Positions 10,748-22,128 of a DNA stretch of 36,065 nucleotides are shown here, piece after piece. Origin of the DNA: Bigelowiella natans CCMP2755 (Eukaryota > Protista > Cercozoa). Numbering within the stretch: position 1 is the stretch's first letter; each line of letters opens with the position of its first letter. The translations under genes were made by a program, and so were the position numbers. The stretch is taken from the NCBI GenBank assembly GCA_000320545.1, contig ADNK01002374.1:1-36065 (forward strand), written 5' to 3'. The notes below the pieces were generated by a model. The model had not been told where the DNA came from. It was given only the letters and a program-made list of their open reading frames with translations, and did no database searches.

Positions 10748-13245
10748 ATGGCGAAGAAAAAGCGCGGAAACAAAGGGAAACGTGCCAAAGGAGGCAAGGG
10801 AAAGAAATTTGATGAGGTAGGAGATTGCGTCCTAAATTCGAAGCATTCGCTGTTTAGATGTAGTAATCAGAGGGCTTAAAAGCAACTGGGCTACCGTCTG
10901 GGAGTGATTTCGCGACGAAATGATAATTTCATTTTCAATTTTTCTAATACACCACCTTTGCATTGATTCTTGCATGTGACTCCTTTTGCTTTGGCCTATC
11001 ATCGATAGACGAAGAAGGTATTTGGAAACACCGAAGACGACTATGAGAAAGTGGAAAAAGTGCCTCTCTATCTGGTTGATGACATGGCTTCCATTAACAG
11101 GGTAATGTAGTCATCCTGTAGAAAGTGATACTTTTACTCATCTTGAAGAATTCGAAGTCTTTACATTGTTTTTGGAAGCGAAAATATTCGTGGCAACATG
11201 AAGCATAAGAATATGTGTACTGTTCGATGGCAGGACGTCGTGGTGGAGGGCCTCGATATGGTGGAGCCAGGAAGTGGGAAGCTACTGCTGGCTAAAACCC
11301 GTTTAAAACTCTCAAGAGGCCGTCGCTACGGACTTTGTGGAAAGAATGGTAGACGTACATGGCATGTTGTGACATCGAGGAGTTTGTGGACATCTTATTC
11401 TGTTGATGTTCGGTTCTCAGGAATTGGAAAGACCACCCTCCTTAAGTTGGTAGCTTCGGGAAACCTCAAAGAATTTCCTTCGCACCTCAAAGTACTCCAT
11501 GTGCGACAAGAGGTACGCGCAAAACGGCATCCCCCTCTAAAATGCGTTTGCTATGACTGAATCTGATATTGAAGATTCATTCTCATTGTGTGTAGGTTCC
11601 ATGTGATGACCGAAAAGTGGTCCAGTTTGTCTCAGAATGTGATGAGGAATTTAAGTTCCTTCAGGAGGAGGAAGAAAGGTTGTTAGATTATGCACGAAGC
11701 AGGGCTCTTTCATGTATGACTGGCCTTGAGAGTCTTGTGTGTTTTGTTGCGATTACTTACTTTACTTACTATGGTGCAGAATGTACGATCTGCTTGAAGA
11801 CGAAGATGCGGACATTGATTTCGATCCACAGGAGAGACTGGAAAAGATAGAGCAACGACGAAGGGTTGTAGACACATTTATTATTGTCATTAGCTAATAC
11901 TTACTTGTCCAGTTGATCGTGAACGCATATCTTCTTCATCATGATCATCGTCATTATCATCATTCATGCAGGACATTGGGGTAGATACCGCTCAAGCACG
12001 CGCCACGCACATTGTCATGGGTCTTGGTTTCACGAAAGAAATGCGGGAAAAGGTAATTATTTGAGGATGATACAATAAAGAATCTTGCCTACACACACAA
12101 ACACACACACACACACACACACACACATTCTCACCTATATTCTTAGTTACATATACATACCATCGATATATCTAGGCTATATTTAAAATTGCTGAGGATG
12201 CCCTCTGCATATACTTTCTTTCTTTACTGAATACTCTACTCTTATATATACACATGCACATAAATAAATATAAAATCATCATTCTCAGAAAACACAAGAT
12301 CTTTCGGGGGGGTGGCGTTGCCGTGTTGCTCTGGCATGTGCCCTCTTCATTGCCCCAGACTTGCTGCTCCTTGACGAGCCTACTAACCACCTTGATTTCC
12401 CCGGAGTAACCTGGCTCGAAAACTACCTAAAGAAGTACGAAAAGACCGCGATTATAGTTTCACACGACAAGACGTTTCTCAACACAGTCAGCTCAGACAT
12501 CATTCATATCGAAGATCGAAAGCTCAACTACTATAAGGGCAACTACAAGACCTTTGAGAAGGTGCGCGCAGAGCACCGCCGCGCACAGGAGAAGGAGCAC
12601 GAGTCACAACAACTTCGAATCAGGCAGATGAAAGAATTTATCAACCGATACCGTAGCGATGAGAGTAAGGCTTCCCTCGTGCAAAGCCGAGTAAAGGAGC
12701 TCGAGAAGATGGAGAGAGAGGGTCTCGCGGAGGAGGTAAAGGAGGAGAAGAAACTATCGTTCCGCTTTCCCTTACCAACTAAACTAGATCACGACATTGC
12801 GCGTATTATTGATATGGATTTCGGGTACGATCCGAAGAAGATCATCCTGCACAAAGTAAACTTTAACGTTACGATGAAGGACCGCGTTGGTGTTTTGGGC
12901 GTAAATGGCTGCGGCAAGTCGACGCTGCTGAAGCTCATTCTGGAGATGCTTAAGCCAACCGCAGGAAAGCTTGAGTTCAATCGCCATGCACGTGTTGCTT
13001 ATTTCACGCAGCACCACATGGATCTTCTTGACCCGAATCTTACTCCTGTGGAATTCCTGCAGCAAAAATTCAAGGAGGACAACATCAAGACTCATGAGGC
13101 AAGAGGGCACCTCGGAAAGTTTGCGCTAAGTGGGGACCTGCAGCTGCAGCCTATTGGCTTGCTTTCCGGAGGTAAACAACAACAACAACAACATAATGAA
13201 CAATTAATATCTACCTGCAACACCAAATATGATGACCGAGGCCAG

Positions 13246-13279
<34 letters not shown>

Positions 13280-15682
13280 AGTGTGATGGTGACGATGACA
13301 AAACGGGTTCAGAGGGGGTAATCTAGAGTACGTACTTCTTGGGGAAGGGTAGTAGGGAATCAATTGGTAGATGCTGCTGCTGGTGGTGGTGGTGGTGAGG
13401 GTGTCAATTGAGAGCGAGCCACTATTCAGTACAATAATGGAGGGGGGAGAAGCCACCACCACTACTTAGAACTCACACGATTTATTTTGGAAAAAATCTA
13501 TATTAGGCCAAAAGTCAAGGGTATCATTCGCTGCACTGACGTGGAAGCAGCCGCATGTGTTGATAATGGACGAGCCCACCAACCACCTCGACATTGAGAC
13601 TATTGAGGTATTATCATTCCAGCCATGATGGTTCAATGATGATCATGATGATGCTGAGAAGGAGGAGGAGGAGGAGGAGGAGGAGGAGGAGGAGGAAAAT
13701 GCATGTGAGGATGAGGATGGCTTATGTATACTGTTTCAGGCCTTAATCGAAGCAGTGAAAGATTTCCAGGGAGGCATCATTATGGTGAGTCACGATCAGT
13801 ACTTCCTAGAGTCCATTGCAGAGGAATTTTGGGGCATAAACGAAAAGGGAGAGACAAAATCTTTCCTTGACCTAGACGAGGCCAAAGAGTTCAGCTACGG
13901 TAAGACTATTGTTATTACTACTACTAGTAGTAGTACTACTTGTTGGAGTTGGGGTTGAGGGAGGGGGAGCAGGAGGAGGAAAAGGAGGTTGAATTAATAG
14001 TAGTAGCTGAGGGAGGGGGAGCAGGAGGAGGAAAAGGAGGTTGAATTAATAGTAGTTAGCATCATCATCATCATCATTATGTTCTCAACAAATCTGATAA
14101 ACATACGAGACAACAAATGCTTGATTTTCTCAGCCTAATCCATATTTTTAGAATACCGATTCACGGGTGCCACTAACCAACCCCAACCAATCCCCCCCCT
14201 TTGTAGCTTCATGTTTCGAGGAGAAGGAGAAACAAAAAAAATCCTCCGATAGTAAGCGAAGCCAGGTGCAAAAATAAAAAACAACTACAATGGCACTGAC
14301 TATTTTAGTAAATATGCTAGTTATTATGATCACGGCACCGCAAATATCAACAGACCTGAAAACGACATATTTTCTTTTAAACCTATACGTAAATGTGTAT
14401 GCATTTATATGATGTCCAAATGTCGGCACCACCAGCAGCATTGGCAGAGACGTTCCTCCTCTCCGTATCCCTTCTCTGCCCCCACCCTCCTCATCTGATT
14501 TCCCTGCCAACACAGATTAAACAGAACAAGAAGAAACGGCAGCAGGAGGCCAAAGCAAGGCAGCGAGAGAGAGAAGCTCAGTTGGAAAAAGAGAGACAGG
14601 AGCAGGAGCAGAAAGAAGCAGAGGAAAAGGAAGAGAAAGCTAGATTAGCTAAGGTGATAGGCTATTTGTTGCTGATCGAATTTGTTCTTCTCCCAATTAT
14701 TGGAATGTAGAGCCAAAAAATATAAATTACAAGTGAGCAACGGTAGCATACAAAAGCTCATAGCTTTGACCACCGCTTAAATGTTTAATTGTATGTATGT
14801 TGCTCCCTACTTACATTACTACTACTACTACTACTCCTTTTACTACTGCAGGAGGCTTTCATGAAGGAAATAGAGGAATCTGAGAAGCAGAAGGAAGCAG
14901 AGGAAAAGGCTCGTAAGGAGAAGGAAGACAGGGAACGTGCAGAGGTATTACCACTAGTAATACACATAATGATAATGATAAGATAATGCCAATGGGGATC
15001 AGGAAAGGAGAGAGAAAGAGAGAGGGAAGAGAGAGGGGGGGGAATGGGAAGAGGATCAAAGGAAGATAAAACAGATATAACGCCTAATATTAAGGAGAAA
15101 TAGCTGATTTTAAAAAATTTTACAATGAACTAGCGTGAGGCTGCAGAAGCTGCCAAAGCGAAGGTGGAGGAAGCTAAGAGGAAAGCAGAGGAAGACGCTA
15201 AAAAAGCAGCAGCTGCTGCAAAGGCGAAGGAACAGGTGCTTATCGCTGACTTTAACTCCTTTCGTGCCGTAAATGCTCTCTATTTACATAACCCTCTGTT
15301 CTTCAACACACGCATCTACACGCACAAACACACACACACACACGCGCGCGCGCGTATTGCGCATTCGTAATGTGTGTATGCTGATGGTGGCTAGCTCTTC
15401 CTGGTCTGTCCTCCTTTTATCTACCGCAAATTATTGAAGATTACCTTCTCCATCGTGAATATACTTGCTGAAAACTGTTAGGCGGCTGCTGAACCGGAAA
15501 CTTTGAAGAAGCTCACTGCAGCTGCCAAAGAATTTAAGATTGACATTGCAGCTATCCAAGTCTTGCGAGATAACGAAATAGACGATGACGATATCGGGGA
15601 TTTATCCAAAGCTGATCTAAAAGAGCTTGGCCTGAAAATGGCTCAAGTTTTAAGGATCTTGAAGGCAGCGAAAACATTCTGA
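10748..15682 (+). CDS. ABCF3: ABC-F family soluble ATPase (ABCF3/GCN20-like); long model carries a charged helical tail and a C-terminal SAM-like domain
   Basis: Core exons 10748-10816, 11009-11101, 11234-11348, 11421-11512, 11596-11678, 11780-11864, 11972-12052, 12289-13171, 13507-13607, 13740-13899. They continue either to 14134-14138 (stop, 588 aa) or to 14207-14265, 14516-14653, 14852-14944, 15134-15235, 15482-15682 (784 aa). NBD1: [40 protein letters not shown]. Linker [18 protein letters not shown]2: [33 protein letters not shown]. No transmembrane domains. Confidence 0.92.
13956..14056. repeat. Intronic direct duplication, 2 x 49 nt (period 52)
   Basis: TGAGGGAGGGGGAGCAGGAGGAGGAAAAGGAGGTTGAATTAATAGTAGT occurs identically at 13956-14004 and 14008-14056. 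Confidence 0.9.
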
Positions 15683-16520
15683 GTATTATCCATATAATCA
15701 TCTAGGACGTTAACATGTTTAAGCACAGGCTTGTGCCTGTGTGTCGTACATCTATATTCAATACGCTCGATGCGGGGCATGCATGTCTTCGAAATGCATG
15801 TACGAGCATACGCAGCAATCGAAGTGTGCATCGCAGGACTATCGTCATGATACATCGCTAGATCGCACTAGCGATGCCATAATCACATCGACTACATTAT
15901 TACGCATCAGTGCTATATATGAATACGGCTGCGCATATATCTTGAAAGCATATACTTTTATAGATATACTTACATTATACCACATGGCACAATACAGCCT
16001 TATATACACGTATCTGTGCCACTAATCTAGTAATAGATTTATATCTAGCTATCTAGCTATACATGGCAGTCAGCCTTGATGAGTAGTAGAATAGCCAACA
16101 TGTGCATCATATGATTCATTGTCGCGCACACAATAACAATATTGCTTTTACAATAATGTGAAACATGTATGTTATTGCAGAAAGCAACAAACACAATTTA
16201 AGCGCTGTAGCCGAGCTGTGCACAGCTACGTTATTTTGCTTAAAATGACTATGATTGAAAAAATGTAATCATTTCATTACATCCGTCTCATAGTATCTAG
16301 ATGATATATATTTCGTATTACGTGTACAACTATCTACTAGATCTAGACAGAGCAGTAGGCTACGTCGTCGTCTTGTTATGGCTATTCTATGATATATTAT
16401 ACATGTATATCAAGAGCTACATGTGCTATATGCATAAATACATTATATACCCTCGCACAGTCTAAAAGAGCGTCTAACTTTGCCTCGAAGTATCACTCAT
16501 AAACGACGAGTTGTAATTTA

Positions 16521-17571
16521 CTATAACAAATCGGCCCAATTTTTCCCGGGAGGGGAGGTATACGTTAGTTGAATATTGAATTCGTTGTCAATCTAACAAC
16601 AACAGATACACCAAAAAAGTGGCAGAATATCACTTAGAATCATCTCACAGTGGAATATTGTAAAGCAAGTAACATAGTTTCCCTCACCTTTGGGTCTCGA
16701 AATACCCCATCTAAGTCAGACTTTCTTAATAAAAATTGGCCTAAAGGAATCGACGATAGCAGAGTATAAAATGAGGGAGGATGCTAAGAATAAGGGTTTC
16801 TATGAAGGAATCTGCAACACAGCATTTGACTTCACAATGCAAGAATTCTCACGCACCGCTCTTGAAGAGGAAAGCTGTGTGCACCCAAAATTCGCAGAAA
16901 GCCTTTGCTCCTGGGTGATCTGTAGAGATGGTCATTATTGGTAACATTGCATTTTGTTGGAATTTTAATTTATTCAGCACGCAAAGATCTCACACACCAT
17001 AAATATTGACTGGGTAGACTTGGAACCGAACGTCACCGGTGAGGCGTAGAGTTGAGCTTTTCTTCTCCCATGATTTGATATTAAAGGACACGCCGTCCCT
17101 CCGCACTGTATAAACGAAAACGAAAACAAAAATAGCAACACATACACAGTGAACGACAATATGCAAATATCGATCATATTCTATGTTCTTATTTCTCTGT
17201 ATTACGATCAAATCCTGAGCCTACTGCCTCAGCGGAGAACGTGTAGCTCTTTTTATCTTCCCTGCCCAGCTTGGGATTGTACCAGTAGTTGCTTACCATC
17301 TAAGAAAGAAAAGAAAGAAGAACAATTAACGAGGAGGAGGAGAAGAAACCTCGGATCTTATAACCAACCCAACAAGAAATAATCTTCATGCTTCTCTAAA
17401 TTGCAGACCACATTATAATCCAGACGACGACGACAGAAAGTACCAATGTCCAACCCAGCAGCGAATTATCAGATTTTGGGTCTTGGACACCCTTTGATCG
17501 AGCTACAGCATCCATTCACTCATTAGTCGATACCACCGTGTCAACTTAGAGTAGATCCTCTCCCCCCCCCC

Positions 17572-17616
<45 letters not shown>

Positions 17617-18029
17617 ACCTGCAAGCCATCGATGAGATACGTTAATATTGTACAGATTCAAACGCTTAAACTTGCCTAATAGTGATGCATTGATTCATTC
17701 AATCATTCATAGAACACAGCACACCTCACACTCCTTCCAATGGAGCAACGAAATATAGAGACTACTCCGTATCTTTTCTAGGTAAATATCGAAGAAACAT
17801 GCTGCTACATTCGTCGATTGTCTTTATCATTACATCGTTCTCCTAAGTGAGATAATTTTTCCATGGTAATCTTTGCGTCAAGATCACGAATCTTCTCCCA
17901 GTATTCCACATACCGTCTCTGATGAATCATTAGGGTGTATTATCGTATATACCATGCATAAATAAATAAACAAGTAAGCATTATATACACCGCCACTATC
18001 AAACATGCTGCGTTGTGAAGACTAGTATC

Positions 18030-18063
<34 letters not shown>

Positions 18064-18250
18064 TCTCACTAGCATCAGCACCTGGCTAGGCCCATCCACG
18101 CCTACACGCTTGGCTTGCGATACGTCGTCTTCTGTTCTCATTACAGCGAAGCGGGTTAACGCCTTCTCAGCGTAATAATCTTTGTGCTGTATGTGGCCAC
18201 GTCGCGCGTCGGCACACAACACCCACACACAACACCCACACCCACACACA

Positions 18251-18306
<56 letters not shown>

Positions 18307-18481
18307 GGGGAATCAAGAATGAACAATAGTAGCTGACACTCTTCTTATGTTGTTTCTATTATTATTTATCTCAAGTAGAGATACTGGCGTTATCCCTTCC
18401 TCGGAGAATGTCGAATGTCATATCATCATCATCATCATCATCATCATCATTATTCATAAAAATGACGATAATATCATCCAC

Positions 18482-18525
<44 letters not shown>

Positions 18526-18800
18526 ATACAAATTCATAGCTACTATTTTCCTTTTCTGCTAATACGCGAATACGTCTGCTACTACTAGTGCTAGTAGGAC
18601 GATAACTACTATTACTACTACAACAACAACTACTACTACAACAACCAGTTTAAGCAGAATGGAGGCCGTGACTACTCCAGTCCTTCCTTTACCACCCTTA
18701 CAGTGTATCGCGACAACATTCTTTTTGTCCTCTGTTAGAAATTCGCTGCGTGTGGCCAAAACTTGTATGAGGACTTACTTCAATGGGTGGCACGTGGATG

Positions 18801-18837
<37 letters not shown>

Positions 18838-20498
18838 GTCGTCATAGATACCATAAACTCATCTATGAGATAGTTTCCAGTACTTGGTACTACATACAAA
18901 AGCCATAACCTGGTTAAACTACGTCACCTTGCTTCATTGCAGAGCCTGACGAGCAAGCTCAATGGCGGAGGATTATGATCATCGAAGCCAAAGCGCCTTA
19001 CTCGGCCGTGGAAACCATCTTCGGGGTAATCTCTCTCTTCGCAGAGGTTGTATATCCTGTACTTCTCAGGATGACGTGTGTTGAAGAATTTTGTGACTTG
19101 TTTTAGAGGGTTTCGGTAGAGTCCCTCGTACTTTACAGATGGCAGCCCCATAGCAATCACCTGGGGTTCTGAGTCATGGTTATCAAGATGAATCGTAAAT
19201 CATAAACAACACCACTTACTGGCATTAACGTCTGTCATCATCATCATCATCATCATTGCTGCACCCTTCCTTCTTCATACTGGCCTACCTATATAAGTCA
19301 AATCCAGGTCAAATCCACCGCCGATAAAACGCCTTTTACGCCCCCCCACAAGGCGCCGAGCTCCTTTGAGAAGCCCAATGTATCCGATATAGATGCGTAC
19401 CACAATGCGCGCTGGAACAAAAGGCAAAACATCCGTCAGATCATGGTGATATACGCACACAACAAACACACATAGACAGCATACGTCTCCTCGGCGATCT
19501 TCTATAACTCCCAGACTACGACGACGACGATAATGAGTGACTCCTATGGTGATGATGACGATGATGACCAAGATGTAATGGCATGATGCACAGACCGAAA
19601 CTGACGCTCAATTGGACGATAAGGTTTGCGGATACGGGAAGGGTTCCAGGAAATGCCGTTGAAACTTCCACCGCGATTGCAGCAATGAGGAGGAGAGCAT
19701 CCAGAGAGTACCATTTAACGTTGCCTGAGGAAACAAGAAACGAGGGAGAGCCAGATGAAAGAGAAGTATCAGCAATCAATGATACATGAAAGAAAACTTA
19801 GGCGACAGATGGTTCAATTATTAATTAGAAGCGATTGTCTACCCGCACGATACTCGTCGGGCCAGTTGTAAATACAAATCCTACAACCAAACCAAAAGGA
19901 AGGCGGCGATGATTCCGTTAACGAAGAATTGCAACTTATTGTAAATAAAACTGAATTCGGTAATCTACATCATGCACTGAGAAACCTGAGGAGCAGTTCA
20001 AAGACAAAGTATACGTGTAATCCATAGCCGACGTATGTCTCTATGGGCGTTTCTCCGATCACGAACAACTCAAGCAAAATCAGCGCTGCCCACGCCAACA
20101 AAGCCAAGATTACCACTGTAAACATACATAGGAGGAAGGGAGCACGAAGAAGAAAAAATTATGCCAAAATCTTGTGAGAGAGTTAATTAAAGAAGAGGAT
20201 ACTGACCTACATTGTACCATACAGCCTCCAAAATAGCTCCACTGCATGCTTCCCTACAGCCGCTGAAATGGATAAAGTGACCCAAATATAAATTTTATAA
20301 TGGAATCTTTGCTCCTCCTCCTCCATAGTCTTCACTACCCAACAACTACATCCCATATCTATACCGGTATGATCAATAATAATGATACCCTTTCGCAGCT
20401 TGCTCCTTGGGTACGGCTAGGTGGGTTTCTGATCTCTCTAGATCCGGAAGATCATTCGGAAGATCAACCACATTCTCTTTCAACTCAAAATCCTCCAT
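16521..20498 (-). CDS. VSP: Voltage-sensing phosphatase-like protein (VSP/TPTE type: 4-TM sensor domain + PTEN-like phosphatase + C2), ~540 aa
   Basis: 17 phase-consistent minus-strand exons: 20498-20389, 20262-20207, 20115-19986, 19880-19843, 19724-19596, 19411-19289, 19168-18928, 18745-18646, 18186-18082, 17918-17834, 17675-17619, 17502-17444, 17299-17206, 17105-16998, 16919-16857, 16740-16688, 16592-16521. A possible extra 5' exon lies at 20727-20643, splicing to 20512. S1 VVVILALLAWAALILLELF; S2 YVGYGLHVYFVFELLLR; S3 WYSLDALLLIAAIAVEV; S4 LIVQLSVSFARIVVRIY; linker ARRLVGGRKRRFIGGGFDLDLTYI. Phosphatase motifs YRNP, YNLC, FDDHNPP, active site HCKGGKGRTG, GVDGPSQRRYV. C2 motifs LTGDVRF, FCEFWVHT, LRKSDLD. 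Confidence 0.93.
18243..18303. repeat. Compound (CA)n(GA)n microsatellite, intronic
   Basis: Directly visible in the VSP intron 18187-18645, which also holds (ATC)n and (TC)n runs. Confidence 0.95.
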
Positions 20499-22128
20499 TT
20501 CAAATATGTCACCTGTATAGCACCAGACTCTTTAGAATTATTTATTTTACATATATAACTATACTATAACTCAGTTTGTAGTCTGATCATTGATATCTAA
20601 CAGCTGTCAGGGAAATATTTGGTTTATCAGCCCAGATAACACCACGTGCCGCTTGTAGTCTAGTGACATATTCTTTAGAAACCCGCACTTTCTCTTTGTC
20701 ATGACACATATGGGAACTTGCATTCATCTTCCTCGCAGCAAAGAATCACCATTCATTCCAAATTATACTCGGAATAATTAATATTGCTGCTGATATAAAT
20801 TCTCAGCCGCCATGCAAGCAACCAAAGCTATTTGCTGCAGAGAAACACAGCAGTAGTCCTACATTGCCCATATGGACAAACTCTAAATCTGTTTGTTTCT
20901 GGGTATTGGTTCACCTTGAATGCGCTATTCACCTACACTCGCTCTCCAACGCGAGGATGAGGCTTGAGATTGATTTTCAGTTGGGAGGTTTTGCTTAACC
21001 GGTCTCTCCTCTCTCGTTCCCCCCTCCCTCCTTTTTTTTCGTCGGGGCTGCCGTCCCAAACTTCAAATACAGTGAGGTATGTGTAACTTGGTGTACCAAA
21101 CTTATGATCGCTAAATCGATGCTATTTTGTAAATACGTCTTGATAATTGTCATGTCGTACCAACGATAAATCATGCAAATTTGTTTCGGCGCACATGGTT
21201 GCCCGTTATTGTGGTCTGGGAGTGATCAAGAGCCATTTGATCAAGAGGAGCTACTCCAAAATTGAGTTCTTTCATCATAATTTTTAGGTCGCACATATTT
21301 CCCCCCCTTTATTTTTTCCTAGTATTTTAATCAACTTGTCCTTTTTATTCTGGATTGTTCGTTTTGCAACGGAAATCCTTCGTTAAATTGAAAGTCAACA
21401 GGGAAATGCCCCAAAATACCAGGAATAATCGGCCAAAATATAGATCTAGCTACCGTCGTCATCTGAAGACTGTGCAGATGCTTTTGTGATGGCTACTGGA
21501 GTTCCCTACCTGGTCTAAAAATAGATCAAAAGTTACCGATGCTTGTTGTCACAGCAGCACTTTGGAATTGTTGTCGCACTGTTTAAAGGAGGGCAACTAG
21601 ACATCATCTTCACAGAACTCCTTCCCTTCTTCGAATCTATCGGCTCCCAGCTTGCCTCTACGCCCAACTCGATTTTGAACTGCTCATACAGGAACTGCTT
21701 CCCATAAATCCCATACATGTAGATGTAATGCTAATTGTTGTCTTTATGCGACAACCATTCTATGCGGCTTCTTTGCGATTTTACGATAGTCGCAAAATAT
21801 GAATGTGTAGATTTATGCTGAACTGATACTTGAGAGTTGATGAAAGACTTTTTGGTGCCTACGACAAAGATAAGGAAATTATTGAGGTAAAAAACAGCAT
21901 GATTCTGCGGATGTTGGGAGAACCTTGAGATACAAAAGTCTGAAATTTGCTACAAAATGGTGGATTCTGAGCACCGTTTACACACAGGGCACTTTCATCA
22001 ATCTTGGTCCTGATCTAAGTTGATTTGGAGGCTTCCAGCCATTCCATTTGCTAGATAAGGTAATCTCTATTATAGCTACCATACTAGCAGCTGGAATTCC
22101 TATCTAAATTTACTGCATTCATCCCAAG

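Noticed and set aside
17715-17845. Extra exon candidates inside the VSP gene (ENDVMIKTIDE..., KIRSSLYISLLHW...)
   Set aside because: They require implausibly short introns or create stops. A single intron 17833-17676 joins the phosphatase to the C2 domain in phase.
21533-21718. 61-aa minus-strand ORF
   Set aside because: No recognisable motif and no consistent splice partners found.
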